A stretch of DNA of 64,000 nucleotides from Phoronis australis. Lineage: Eukaryota > Animalia > Phoronida. Location: positions 1 through 64,000 of the forward strand of contig NMRA01000433.1 in assembly GCA_002633005.1 (NCBI GenBank), written 5' to 3'. Positions 26,346 to 39,899 of the stretch are shown here, one piece after another. The notes beneath the pieces were generated by a model, which saw only the letters and a program-made list of their open reading frames with translations, searched no databases and was not told where the DNA came from. The first letter of the stretch is position 1, and the number at the start of each line of letters is the position of its first letter. The position numbers were made by a program, and so were the translations under genes.

Positions 26346-27224
26346 NTACATGTTTATGTTCTTGCTAAACTTTAGGTCATAGACCAGCAGTGCAGTTTCC
26401 GTAATTGAGACAATACATACAAAGAAGTTAATAAATTATTGTTTAGCAGGTAACTGCAGGTAAGACAAATTAAAAAAAGTGTTTTTTTGAAAATGAACAA
26501 GAGCAGACAATTCTGAGAACCACTGATTTCACAAATCAGCGTACATGTACTACCTGTAGACGCACACAAAATGATATTAACATCGTCCTCATGAAAACGA
26601 CTGCCTTAGGTATGTTAGTAAACATTTTCCCATTACATTTACGTAATAGTTAATTACTAATGGCTGTTGACGGAAGATAATTTTAGTTAAGTTTAAACGC
26701 CTTTTGAATTGCTTTACATGTATATGTTGACTTTGGCAACTGTGACCGCAATTGCTGTTTACATGTGACACGGACACGCACACGTGAGCGCCACTGTCAA
26801 ACTGCATTTCCACTGACCAATTCTACGTGAACTTTGATTATAACAATTCCATGAAATCCCCGGCTATAATATTTTTCGCCACATCGAAATGGTATTTTCA
26901 TTATTGCCAGCGCGAAACTATTCGCAATTAACGAACGAAGCCTTTTTTCGAGGTGAGGAAAGGCTTCTCATGTGATGAAAACCGGTTAGTTTTGTGTTTT
27001 GACCAACGTACCTGAAATTATTCAGTGGCTGTATTCCCACCTACAGTAACTGCTAGATCCATCACGAAACACGATCGTTCAGTAAAGCCGCTAAGGAAAG
27101 CAAGACCGAGACATTCTTTCAGATTACACGGACCAGTGACTAGGCCTGTATTGAAGGTGTTGGCTTAGCTGTAGCTCTTTTGTGCGAAGATTGCCTCGGG
27201 GCTCAGTGCTGAAACACCAATATG

Positions 27225-27791
27225 TTAGATGCTCCCTGCTTGGCCACAACTCCAAGTCCTTAAGTTCATAAAACAGAAATCTCAACCATGTTTTAAACAC
27301 ATTGTCAACTGTTTCTTGACTAATCTTGAAATCGAGAGCCAATCCATAGTCATCTTTTGCTTGGCGAAGCTTTATCAGACAGAGAAACAGTTCATTTCGA
27401 GGGTCGAGAAACTTTGATGAATAATCAAGCTGACTAATTGCAGGATCCGGCATGTTAAAAAACATATTAAAGTGTTCAAAAGTTTCAAATCTTGTGAGGT
27501 ACTTCATTGCTTTGGGTTGTCTGCATAATTTTCTACTCTCGTGCCATCTGTCAGAAAACTACAGTGTACTTCTGCCGAACATGTGGTAGTATTACACGAT
27601 GATGGTGTTTCATCCGAAACAATTTCAATATCGGCGCCAACAAGCAATGGATCAAAATCTTCCTGTATCTCCTCAGCTCGTTCTGAAGTTCTCTTCCGCA
27701 GCCTCTCTTCTCTGTTGGACGAAACTTTTTTCTTGAATGGGAACACAGAAGGCACAACTCCCCGTTTCCGTCTTTTGCTGCTTCCAAGTGC
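27225..27791 (-). pseudogene. ISL2EU/PIF-Harbinger-type transposase fragment (THAP C-terminus plus HTH_Tnp_4), disrupted and truncated before the DDE core
   Basis: KRGVVPSVFPF (THAP AVPxIF box), then KYLTRF..F..FF...LDPRNELFLCLIKLRQ...LALDFKISQETVDNVFKTWLRFL..LWPSRE. The ORF is broken at about 27505. Confidence 0.8.
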
Positions 27792-29264
27792 TTAAACAGA
27801 GCGAAAAATAGCTGTGACTTTCATAGGAAAAGTGTTTAATAACATGCCCCACGTGATTCATGCGAACACTATATTGAAATCTAGTGTAATTACAAAAAGT
27901 TCAATGTCTGAATCAAGAACACCAATCCCGTGTCGTGAGAGGATGAAACTACACGTACATGTAGTTCTCTAAATCTGTGACTGCTATATCGGACAAGTGC
28001 CCAGTGTGACATCAGCGAGTAGGCCTAAGATTGAAATGACCTCTACGTAGAAACGATGCGCGTTTAAATGCCAACAAATTACTTTACGTCATCTTCTACT
28101 TCATAAACTTGCCATAACTAGACGCAAAAAAAAAAATAATCACAAAACTTTATAGATTACGTATTTATTATCGACATCGGAGAATCGACTTCGACCATTT
28201 TGGATTTACCAGTGACACACTTGTACATAATTTAACCTCGAAACCTAAATAAAATTTTTCTATGTTGAAAAAAATATCGCAATTGAAGAACAATACTGTT
28301 CAACATTTTGCACAATACTCCCTTGCCTATCAAAGTTCTAGCAGTCTTCAAATAAAGGGACGCACAGTGAATCTGCAGGAAATCGACTGATCATACAGGT
28401 CTTTAATTTCACTAATTTCCTTATAAAGCAGGGAGATTGGAAGACTTCCCCTATGAGGACACTACTATCGCGGAGGGGTTCACGTGAGTTATGATCAGCG
28501 CAATGGGCCTGCCATGTGGCTTAAGCACGCATCAACGCCAGAAATATTTGACATAGGCAGTGCGCATGCGCAGCCAGCAGCTAAATATCCCCCCACAGAA
28601 ATACACACAAGAAGGGGTTTTCCGAGGAATTTTGATTTAGGGGAGACAACTCTGCAATTTGCCGATAGCTAGCGAGAAAAACATAGATCTAAGGATTCAT
28701 TATGCTGAATATTGGAAATATTGGTGAAGATTTTTCGGTGTCCATTGAAGTTTGAAGTTTGGCCATGTTGATGGTACACAGCCAATCGCCCGGAAGGCAA
28801 TTTTTGAGCCCAAACCCATTTTCAAATCAAATCTGTGGAGAGTATAATTCAGTTCCGTTGTTTGCCGATAGCGGAGGTGACGAACAGTGTGACCTATATA
28901 TCACAAATGCTGTTTTCGAACGAATTTTCTGAAAAAAAACGGTGTCCAACAGGGTGTTGAAAACGGGTTTGCGGCCAGAAATGTAAAATACAGTCACTTT
29001 AAGTTTCGTGATCTGCAGTACGATTTTCAAGCCCTAATGAGGAAGATTTAGCCTGGATTGATTATGCTCATTCCTAGTAGTGCAACAAGAAGCACGTCGG
29101 TCATGTATTTTGCTAAAAAATGAATTCTGAAATTATTGCACATAGAGCACTTCATGAGACGCAGCTAGGTTAAGGTTGTACTAGTCCTTTTTAACATTAT
29201 ATTTCTGTTTTTAATTTATGCTGTGTTGAAGGTATCACATTTATTAAAAAAGAACTCATACCCA

Positions 29265-29610
29265 TAGACGGATCCATGGAAGTGGGGGCCCCGACCTCAA
29301 TTTCCGAAGGATAAACCTTCCTAATAGCCTTGCAAGGGGCGTGACGTCAATTTTTGTAGGAAAAACCCTCGCGAGATCCCTGAAAACGAAAGGTCGGCGC
29401 CATTTTTTAACCGTGTGCAGAATGAGGGAGCCCTGGGCCCCCTCGGACCCCCTATATCCATCCATGCAGCGTACCGTCACGGTTTGATAGGCGGATCCAG
29501 GGGGGTAAAAGGGTTCCGGATCCCTTTTTCCCTTGATTTTAGTTATGTAAAATCTAGAATTTTCGAATTGCTGATTTGAACCCATTTTTGAAAAACCTGG
29601 ATCCGACCCT
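29265..29610. mobile_element. Two adjacent small GGATCC-tipped MITEs
   Basis: gacggatccatgg...tatccatccatg and ggcggatccagggggg...cctggatccgacc. A similar element lies at about 54849-55003. Confidence 0.55.
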
Positions 29611-32422
29611 GCGTTTGGTTTCAAAACAGATTGTGCTGGTGAGTGTACAGATAAATAATATGGAACGAAATTTTATCATTCCGGAATCAGTAGTAGGTAT
29701 CAGAAATGGCTAAGGATTTCAGGAACTGAAAACGACATGTCAATGCCATTTTTATCATGTGCGAAAGGGAAGCCTAAATCCACTTATGTAGTGTAAAGTT
29801 TGGTTTCAAAACAGATAGCACCGGTAAATGTACAAGTAACTAATATGGAATGGACATTCCAGCAACAGAAACAGGAGTTCATATAGTATCCAGAAAAAAA
29901 ACAAATGAGTAATTTTTGTTCAAAACTTTATTTTTTATAACGATAAACATACAAAATGCCACCAATGCTGCTTTAAATACCAGTGTTCAGATTTAAATAG
30001 TAAATGACTAGAATGGAAGATTTAGCCAGTTCATATGACACCAATAATGTAGGGCCACTCAAACCGCTAAATGCCCCACTGCATTTCTACACTTACACCG
30101 ACCAAATAGCGGCCCATGGGCCGCCGTTTTGTCATCGGATGGGCTAATCTACCGAAAACCCCGGTACAAACCAATTTGACTTCGCCAACCTTCCTCCTAG
30201 TTTGCTATCGTAACCCCCGGTCCCTCGTTCGCTGGATGTCACTATATTTGTATCGAACCCGGCCTTCACGTCTCGATAGGTGGGGGTATTACTACGGGGA
30301 TGCAGCCATCAGGACTTGAGTAACCGTGAACCAACAAAGATTCACGGAGAGTAAGGATGGGTGAATGCACCGAGCGCATGCACTGACGGGTACTGAGCTG
30401 GGAGCTGCCTGAAGTAACTATAGCTGGGTCGAAGGTCAAGATTCCTTTGATTAATAGCCAGTTTCGGGAAAACTTCATTTTATTATGGCCATTATTTGAA
30501 GTAATTTTTAGAAAGGTGAGGTCCCGAGGTGCCTGGTATAAGTGCCTTCGTGGCCGTTTCAGAATCTCTTGATGAAACACAGCCGGTAGTCCAGTTTGTG
30601 GTTGCTAGGTAAAATGATACAGGTCCAAAATGTACGCANTTAGCTAGTTGTCCCTTCCTGGTTATCTCTTCCTGATATTAGCCATATTCTGTCAACAATT
30701 TCAGTACAAATTGTCCGTAGTTTGGTTTTATGAAAGTAAGATCCGCTGCCGATTATTTTACACCCGTTTGCGAATGCATATGGCTAGTTTTAGTGAGTAA
30801 CTATTTTATTTTGTCATTATAATTTAAAATTTCGCATCTAAACATGTAAAAAATTGTGATCGTGCTTAATTAAAGATAATTTTAATTTTGACTGACACCT
30901 AGTGTCTGAAATTGAATCTTGTTCAACTGGACAACAAATGTCACTAAAAAACTTGTCACACCAGTTTATTGCACACATTTAAAAGATTTGTTATTATCTC
31001 GAGTGTAGTGTTTGTGGAATGCATGCTCCCACGTCGCACGCTTGTGTCAAGCTTAAAATTACATGTACCGTATCTATCGAATAAAGGACACGAGGTGGGT
31101 TGGTATAAGAGCGACTGCCTACTGTTAATCTACAATACGTTTACCAGGCTCCTGTTCGAATAAGCTAGCGAAATTCCATCCTGTTTCCCTACAAAAATCA
31201 AAGAAATCCAGATTATTCAGAACTGGGCGCTGAGAATTACTCTCGGGCAGCCCAGAAACACCCGAACTGACGCATTCCATGAGGTTCCCGAAATAAAGGC
31301 TGTCTCCCACAGACTGCAATGACTCTGCGAAGCTAAATTAAACCGAATTTTAGTGACAAGCCTGTAATAAAAGCACCTAAGGGTTCTGCCCCTTCTCACT
31401 GAAGTGGTGATAAACTGTGCAGACGGGTCAGTATAGATACAGCTAGAGGCAAGCATGACCTCTCTTGCTATTCAGCAAGCGATTCATGTATACCCTGCCT
31501 TCCAGCCGATTTCTTGCTAATCGGGCCACGTTCATCGCAAATACAGTGAGGGTCGAAGGCAATATTGTCCGCGCTTGCGAAGCTGTCCGGGGCTTTGTAC
31601 ACGATTTACATGTACTCGTCACCTTTTTAGGGGATTTGACAAAAGTTACTGCTAAAATTGAACGCTAGAAATTTGAGACGAGTTTTCAATTAGTATTGCA
31701 GAGAACTCTGAGCTTATGCGTGACCGACTTTTGCGTGTACCAGTGAATCAAAATTTACTGTTTTGACAGTAATTTTTGGTGAAATACATGTAAGTACAGT
31801 TTCATGCGAAATGCATATATATGCAAGGTGAGGAACAAGAAAAGGCCTTTACTTTGGACATTAATTTTATTTACACTGAAAGCAAGTGAATGCGTAACGA
31901 CAACAAAAATTTCCATGTAAGTCACAATCAGCGTTGGCATGAACATGTGACGAACTAAATCATAATTACGGTGCAACCGCTGTTCTACTACACTTACTGT
32001 TGCCATACTGCACTCATTTGTCAGCTACTTCACTACTGAATGAAGTCAACATCGTGATGCAATTTCTTCCACTGGCTCAAGTAGCATTGGATTTAGTCAC
32101 ATTAAAACTGGAGAATTGGTTCTTAATAGGGCAGATTAATCAAAGGAGCGTCACTGCTGTCCCGTCTTTTAATCTATCGCCGTAATAGTGAAATTAAAAA
32201 AACGATAGTAATAATCGCAGTAATTTTGTTTTTAGATTCACAGAATCGTGCAAAAAATAATAAAATTTTACAATATGTTTCTGCTGTCCGAATGTGATAT
32301 TTGGTATTTTCCTAATTTGCAAGGAAACAGGCAACATGAAAAGGTTTTGGCACCACTCTCAAAACTAAAAAAGTTACCTAGAAAAGCAGAAATCCCATCG
32401 TGTTTATTGTATCGAAGGAAGC

Positions 32423-32935
32423 TTAAAGGCAAAGTTACTGCCCCGTTGATATGACTAAAATCTTTATTTACGCGGATTTACAGTTAAATGTGTAATCGGC
32501 TTAAAACTGCACATAAATGAACTGAAATTGTGATACCGACAATAGAACTGTTCATATCCAGTACTAGTGTTTTTAAGTACAGTAGACCTCATCTCTATTA
32601 TAACATCATGTCTTGAACTTGTTGGTTTTCGTATAACAGCCTCAAGCCCATTTTCATAGGTACGAGGTTTCTTTCCGTCATTTCTCCGTTGTTCTAAGAC
32701 GAACGAGTATCGTTAACCGCTACACTCTAGACGGTTACTGACATTGTCTTTGTCCTTTGAAATGGTGGGACTTGAACCTGGTACCATTCGTTTTTTTAGT
32801 CCAAAATTCCAACTTCTAGGCTCCTTTTCACTTCGAAGGAAGTTCATTATAATCATGTCTTCCTCATTACAAAAGAAGGACTGGCTTGGATTCTTGTTAG
32901 AAAGACTTGGAAAATTGTCGCTTAGCTTCACGCTG
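32423..32935 (-). mobile_element. Degenerate THAP-like transposon fragment
   Basis: Minus-strand LKKRMVPGSSPTIS resembles the THAP LKPxAVPTIF box. A TTAAAGG Kolobok-like terminus lies at about 32423. Confidence 0.3.
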
Positions 32936-33609
32936 GAACAGCTTCATTGGTCTTTTTTTTGGCTCAGATTGTTTCATTGTCAAGCACCACGATGTTATAC
33001 CACAGGATAATTATTTGTATCTATTTGGAGAATGTGCTCTGCTACACCCCATGAACTGTTGCCTTCGGTGCAGCCTTTCGTGTGTTCAGCAATCCAGCCT
33101 CTCGTTCAGTAACGCTAGCTCCTCGCTAAAATGCAAGGCTTCATGAGATTACGTGAGATATTGCCGTGTATTTCAAATGACTTTGGCTAGATTTTAGCTA
33201 GGTCTTAGCGTATGTCCTAGCGTTACTGAATGCACGCCTGGTTTCCAGTGGCCTTAGTGTTTCGCCGATAAATGATTCCACACATTCACAGGCGATTCGA
33301 TTCAGGATATTCATCGTTCTCCCCATGTGTGTTCTGGATTTGATGTTGGTCAGTCGACCCCAGATGTACATGTATGAGCTAGACCGTTATAATTTTGAAC
33401 TTCAAGAAAGTGTATTTCACAGTTTCCAGGTACCTGTTTATATGGAAGGTAGATCGTTTACTGTGTAGGGTGTTCTTCTACCTCCTATATTCTTGGTGAA
33501 GCTACCGTTGATACATTTTTAAAATATTAAAATTTAATCCAGCGGGTTTTGGGTTAAAACCGTCCGTCCAACCAATTCGTCAAAGTGTCACTGGAATAAT
33601 AATGAAAAA

Positions 33610-35866
33610 TTACGAGAGAATTGGTCTGGATCGTTCGATCGGTGTTTCATTGTTTCCGTGTATTAGTTTTGGACAGTTGATAGAAGAGAACGTATAGATA
33701 TGCGGATTGAGTCCTGCGTTTATTGGCAAAACAAAGACCACCATCCACACTGCCACCTGGGGATCTACGTGTACACCAAATGCGGAGATGACGCCAGTGA
33801 CCACTATGGGAAACCAACAACAGAGATCGGTAATAACGATCCAACTGAGTTTCTTCGCTAATGCAAGTTCTTTGTTACTCGAAGCACGGCCACTGTTTTG
33901 TTGACTCTGTCGTGATTTCATGTAAATACCAGAATAGCATATGATCGTTAATAAAACCGCAACACCGTTGATTACGATCAAGCTTAGTTTGTATTCGTTG
34001 GAGGAACCCCTTATCAGTGTGAAAGGGAGGCAGACAGCGGTGTCGCCGTAGAAGGCGTTTAATTTCCCAAAGTACGGTAACTCTGTTAGAGGCAACCCTG
34101 CAAAGACACAACAAACAATCCAACCACAAGCCATTATGTACGTGACTGACTTCGTTGTCAGTCGCCGGGCTTGGAATACGAACACAATGGCTATTGTTCT
34201 GTCGATTGTTATTACAGTCAGAACAAACACTGACATCTGACAAGCTACGAAGGAAAAGAAACCAGCAAACTTGCACCCAGTGCCTGTACGCCATATTGGA
34301 TCGTATACGTAATACATGCCGGTCTTCAAGAAGTACAAATCAGCTGCAGCTATGATCAACAGATAGACACCCATAAAAAAGTCTGACATGGCAAGGTTTA
34401 ATATGAGCACTGTGTTGGTACTCCTAATCTCAGACATAGAAACCTTACATCTCCACACAAATACAACGATGTTACCTACAACTGCTGACGTTGCTATTAC
34501 CCATATAAAGACACGGAGCACAATGTTTGACATGAGATCCGAGCAAGAGGAAAATGGATCCGACGAAGGTGTGCAGTTTACATTTTCTTTGACAAGGCAA
34601 CAGAAACGGAAGCTGTCCGTGTGGAGATTACTTACATTCAACGCACTAAACGCATTTTCTTCTATTACAAGGAAGTCGTCGCTAAACTCCAGATTCAAGG
34701 TACCTATGGACATAACTCCTCTGAACGAATCATGGGAAACATGTACCAATCCATTGCGGCTGAGATCTAGATCATATAATCTCAAAGCGAAAAAGACATT
34801 GCCGGTTAGCGTTCGAAGATTGTTACCTGTTAAATTCAAGTGGAAAAGATTAACCATCTTAGAGAAAGAGTAAGGAGGCAACTGCAGAAGATTGTTAAAT
34901 GATATATCTAGCACGCCGATCAGAACATAATGGTCAAATGTTTTCTTAGTTAACCTCAGCTTGTTACCTGAAAAAAGAATTGCTCTCATTCTATACGACA
35001 TTTCGGGAAGTTTACGAAGACCTGCTTCATGACAGTCAATAACATAACCATCACACGAACATCCTAAAGGACACGTGATTTTGGTGTCGCAGAATCTTTC
35101 GTCCTCCCCTGTCCCAATACAGTCAACATGACCATCACATACGCGGGATTGGTCTAAGCACCACTGTTTATCCTGACAATGAAATTTTCCAGGACACGTG
35201 TAATTAGTGCAACTAATCTCGTCTGCCCCATCGGCACAGTCCAACACACTGTCGCACACAGCATGACGCGGTATACAATAACTAAATGGACATTTAAACA
35301 TGCCAGGACACTGTATTTTTTCACACCTAACTAAATGACTTAAGTCGCCACAGGTGCTGTAAAAGTCGTTTTTATCATAAATACAAACACGACTTCGTTG
35401 ATAGCACGCTGGGTGGTCCAACTGACACCTTGTTTGTGTTGATGACGAACAAAAAGGTTGGAAATTAGCGGTGGTGGCGATGCCAATCGGATCTTCAATT
35501 TGAATACTGCCTCTTTTGACGTCAAATTTCGAGAATAGTTCATCCTCCTGTGTTGAGCCCTCGCAATCAACTGTCATATCCAGTCTCTTCTTTCCCGGAA
35601 TGCATGTTCCAGAATAGCATAAATATCCGCCATGGCGTGTACAATTGTGGCGCCAGTCGCACGTCACTTCCAGCTCATCTGATCCGTCCATGCAGTGCTT
35701 CACGAAGTCACAAGCCTTGCTGTTGAGTATGCATTGACCAGAATGGCACCTAAATTCTTCAATCGAACACTTAGGGTGATTACACCTAGTCTCGTCACTA
35801 CCATCGGAGCAGTCTCTCTTAAAGTCACAATAATGCGACATATGGATTTGTTTTCCGTCGCTGCAT
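33610..35866 (-). CDS. GRL101-like LDLa-LRR-7TM GPCR, coding exon 2
   Basis: Several LDLa repeats (CDFKRDCSDGSDE, CDFVKHCMDGSDE, CDSVLDCADGADE, CDGHVDCIGTGEDE), LRRNT CPLGCSC, LRRs, hinge FRFCC..DPFSSCSDLM, and 7 TM with NLAMSD, IDRT, CWFP, NPHIY. Acceptor gttttccAG at 35868-35867, phase 2. Confidence 0.93.
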
Positions 35867-36885
35867 CTGGAAAACATGATTCTGGTTAAGACTTTGGTGA
35901 TAAATCGTTTGGATTGGTTTGTCTGCCAACTGCACAGCTTCCTTTACAGGAAAGTGCTCTGTTTATGCATACACAAAGACACACGAGTGTGCATGTCAAG
36001 GGTAGATACATTTATTCACTGCTCAATACTCCTTCAGACTACCCGAGAAGTGTAAAACCTTGCAAAATGAAAACACCTTTAGTTCGTAGTACTTAAAGAG
36101 GCCTGGAACGCGAGAATCTAAATTGAAATATCTCTGCCACTGAAATAGACTTCAACTTGCTCATCAGATATTTTTAGAGTTTGTGCGTAAACATTTTCAA
36201 TTTCTGTTTCAAATTTCAAAAAGTAGACCTGCCAATTGCTCGCCACTTCGTCGAGTTTTCCCCAACAAGGCAAAACACCAGTCTACAGCAGACTTTTCAA
36301 GATTTCATTTTCTTCAGGAATTGTTTAAAAGATGTTTTGACGAGCTTTTGCGTTCATGCCTCTTCAAGAAAGCTTGACTGAAATCAGTTCCAGTTCTAAA
36401 GCTCGAGCACACAAACGTCAAGACTAGTACGTGGAACTGCAATTTAAATGGAAATGCATTTCCAAGATAACCAGTTATCAATATTTGTACCAAACGTCAC
36501 ATCAAACAGTGTTGCTACCCGCTTTAAAACAGCTCAAATTTTGATGAAATATGGCACGCCAGTCAAGATTAATCACATGTTTTCGCGCTGATGAGGAGCT
36601 TGCGAAGTAAGGATGAGGGAACTTAAAAATAGATAACTGCGATACTCTTCAAAGCGAGAGAAGTGTGCAACCTAAGTTTTGTGAACTACGCACACGTGTT
36701 TTAAAACGCAATGATATGGCATGTTTTAATCATGTTTTGGCATTGTTTCAAATTGTTTTTTTTTAATTCCTTATTATCATTCACGGTGATGACAAAGCCT
36801 TTTTTTAATGTTTATTACGAATTCTTCAGCATACAATGAATCTACATAACCCAGAAAGCGCCAAAACTGGGTAAAAATACAAAGG

Positions 36886-37835
36886 AGGATTTTGGAGAAT
36901 TATCGCCCGAGGGGCGTTAGCCCCGAGGGTGATAACTCTACAAAATCCACGAGGGCTCTAGATAAGGGGAATAACGACTGAGAACATGTAATAATCTATT
37001 TATACCACATACTGAAACAGTGCAATGAATCGATCTACCTTTCTCGACTCGCCTTGGCTTTGTAACTACTTTCTATGTCAGAGGCCCGGGGTCGGAGGTC
37101 GTGACCTTTTAAGAAAAGCCGAGCTATCTTGTCAAATAATGCTTTTACTCAAAATCATTTGAAAAATAAAACAAAATAGAAATAAAGTGAATCTATAAAT
37201 TAAGGTTTAGCAACTATTTTAGCTTACTACACATTTTATCACGCTAAGCTTCGACCGGGAAAATATCGTCTGCTAAAGAAGGTTACCACTAGTAACTGAC
37301 TATAATACTCATGTCAAATTAAGGATCCCGACGACACGATACATGCATTCAAATTGGAGATGGGTGATTTACAGGTGGGAGAACACGAGAGAAAAAGTTC
37401 ACTGATTTAAAATATCCTTTTTTATGGAAATTATGCGTCTTATTTTCATAGCGTATAAATGTTGGTGCAATGCCCTTTGCTGAACATGCGATTGTTGCGC
37501 GTGCTCATTTAAGTATTCTGTTTTCACATTCGAAGACGTCAGCCGCTGAGTGGTGTAGTGGTAAAGTTGGCGACTCGCAACTCCTGAGATCCGGGTTCAA
37601 ATCCGGCCTCGGTTTCCCGCCAAAATGTTATCTCACTAGTGAGGTAACTTTATGGGTTATTACACGGTTGTATCTGCCATTCAAGGCCAATGTTGTGGTA
37701 GAAATATAGATTGTTACATGTTCTCAGCCGTTATCTCCATTATCTAGAGCCCTCGCGGATTTTGGAGAATTCTCCAAAATCCACTCGGGCTCTAGATAAC
37801 GGGTAATAACGACTTCGTCATGTAATAATCTATAT
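36886..37835 (+). mobile_element. Hairpin/tRNA-cassette element, copy D, with hairpins at both ends
   Basis: Left hairpin to about 37000 (5'-truncated), right hairpin at 37706-37833 in flipped orientation. Confidence 0.85.
37545..37614 (+). ncRNA. tRNA-derived Pol III promoter cassette within the element (not a functional tRNA)
   Basis: GCTGAG/CTCGGT acceptor-like stem, A box TGGTGTAGTGGT, T arm CCGGGTTCAAATCCGG. The anticodon stem pairs poorly. Confidence 0.65.
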
Positions 37836-37849
37836 TTATTTTACACGAA

Positions 37850-38500
37850 TACATAAATAAAAAACTGATGTTAAGAATACAATGATTTGACTACGAACAG
37901 ATGTATAAAATTCTATCCACACAGACAAAAAGATTTAATGTTATCAAGAAATCATGATACTATTTCAAATAAAACCTTATTATCATTTGAGTTAAGTTCT
38001 TGGCATCCATAAAGAAAGAAATTAATTTTGTTTCACAATTGCGGAATTTCAGAATATTTTTGTAAACATTGGGGTATTGTTTGAGTGTCTGGAAAAGCCG
38101 TATCCTTTCCTCCTTGCATACCTCACAAGCAAAGAAAACATGACGGTATGTCTGGGTATCTCCATAGGAACACAGAGGCAAAATATATTTAAAATTATGT
38201 CTAAATTTCTCGTTGTTAAGGAATAGACCGCATCTTGATCTGTATAGGGTTTTTCAAGGTTGCGAGGAAGTTGGAATGATTTCAGTGGGACTGGCACGTC
38301 TTGAGTAGTGGTATGCATTTTAAAGCTATTTTTGAGAGTGGCGATTGAAGTGCTTTCTTTCAATTTGAATGGTAAGGAATTCCAGTTGCCAATACAAGTT
38401 AATGTCGTTGATCTATGGAATAGTGTGCATATGACTTTGCCGCATTCCTGGTCTCGTTCCTGGTCTTTTGTAGGAGTCAAAGAGGGTTTTGTTAGAGTAA
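37850..38500 (-). mobile_element. 3' end fragment of a CR1/L2-group non-LTR retrotransposon
   Basis: WNSLPFKLKESTSIATLKNSFK and a C-terminal CSYG..TYRHVFFAC..C..ER zinc knuckle, frameshifted. Confidence 0.7.
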
Positions 38501-39899
38501 TTGTTTATGTTGGTTAAGACTTTGAATGTATACATGGACAGGTGACAAAGCCTCGTAACAAACCTGGAGGTGGCGCTGATGGGTTTAGCAGTTTGATGCT
38601 TGGTTAGGGGGAAAACTTCTAACACAACGATTTGCCGCTGCATTGATGTCATTAAAACAAAGACAGGTTTTAAATATTTTTACAGCTGTTGCTACAATTC
38701 ATGAACCAGAAGGCTTTGCTTTGGTTATTGGTTGAAATAAAGGTTGCTTGCGCTTATTTTCAATTCTTTTTTATTAATATTATCATAGAAATAGGCCATT
38801 TTTGCAATATTTGAGACCTAAATTGCTACAATATACCATTAGTTTTCATTTTTATATTATGCTGCAGAATGTTTTAAAGTTGATACAACTTTCTATTACT
38901 CGTGATGTTCCGAAAATTTCCGTAAAAACGATAGAATTCTCATTTGAATTTCCCTATCCAAGCCTCAAATGACTAAACTTTGAGCCTTGGAGTAGAGGCT
39001 GGGTGACGATATTTCTCAAACCGGTGTACACTATTTTTGCAGAGACCCCGGTGGGATTGCTTTTTACATGAAACATGAATATTTTACAAAATATTCATTG
39101 TGAATTATCAAGAATAAACACTGCCAACACGCAGGTATCACGCAGTGGCACGCGCTTTAGCATTGGTCTGTAACCTCGGCAGTCATTGGTTAGCTTTACA
39201 ACACCGTGAAAAAATGTCGGACTGTGAACGATTCTTAGCCTTGTCATGCAAGAGGCGTCTCAGCAACTATTTCGTTTTTGTAGTGGTGCTTAATAGCCGC
39301 GTCCTTGAAGCACACACATGTACAATAAACACATATCTGGCCGGTTTAACCGGTGTGTTAATCATACTGTATAAATACATGACACTATCGTAAACAAAAG
39401 TCATCGACAGTAGAAAGATGCACTCCGCAAAGGCGCAACCACAATTTCTAGGATTCACTTTTCCTGAACATGAATTTTAAGCACCGATCTGTCTGTAAGA
39501 CGACGTTTACACTTTAGTCAATCACTCATGCCAGTTTGTTTGCGTAGAGCGCTGCCTGTTGAGAATTCAACCAGCCAATCAGAAACGCCGATGTGCAAAA
39601 TTAAGTGATACCTGCGTGCTGGCGCGGCTACCGCCCTACCTTGAGCACGCAGGGAACCAGCGGGGTAGTGGGTTTACTCGCCAGACAAGTACAAATACCT
39701 AAGTTGAGCTAAAACATCCCACCAGGTAGCCGTTCGAAACCAGTTGCACGATGTTTAGTAAGATGCCACACAATTTCAACAGTGCACTCCCACTTCAGAC
39801 AAATTATAAAAAATTGAAATAAAGTTCATGATAAACCAAGTCACGCTGAATAAGTTCCACATTGAGTAACCAGGCACTTTGATTATCAATACACCCAGT

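Noticed and set aside
35878-36060. Longer receptor exon 2 from an acceptor near 36060
   Set aside because: An in-frame TAA lies upstream; the acceptor at 35867 matches phase and restores the LDLa repeat.
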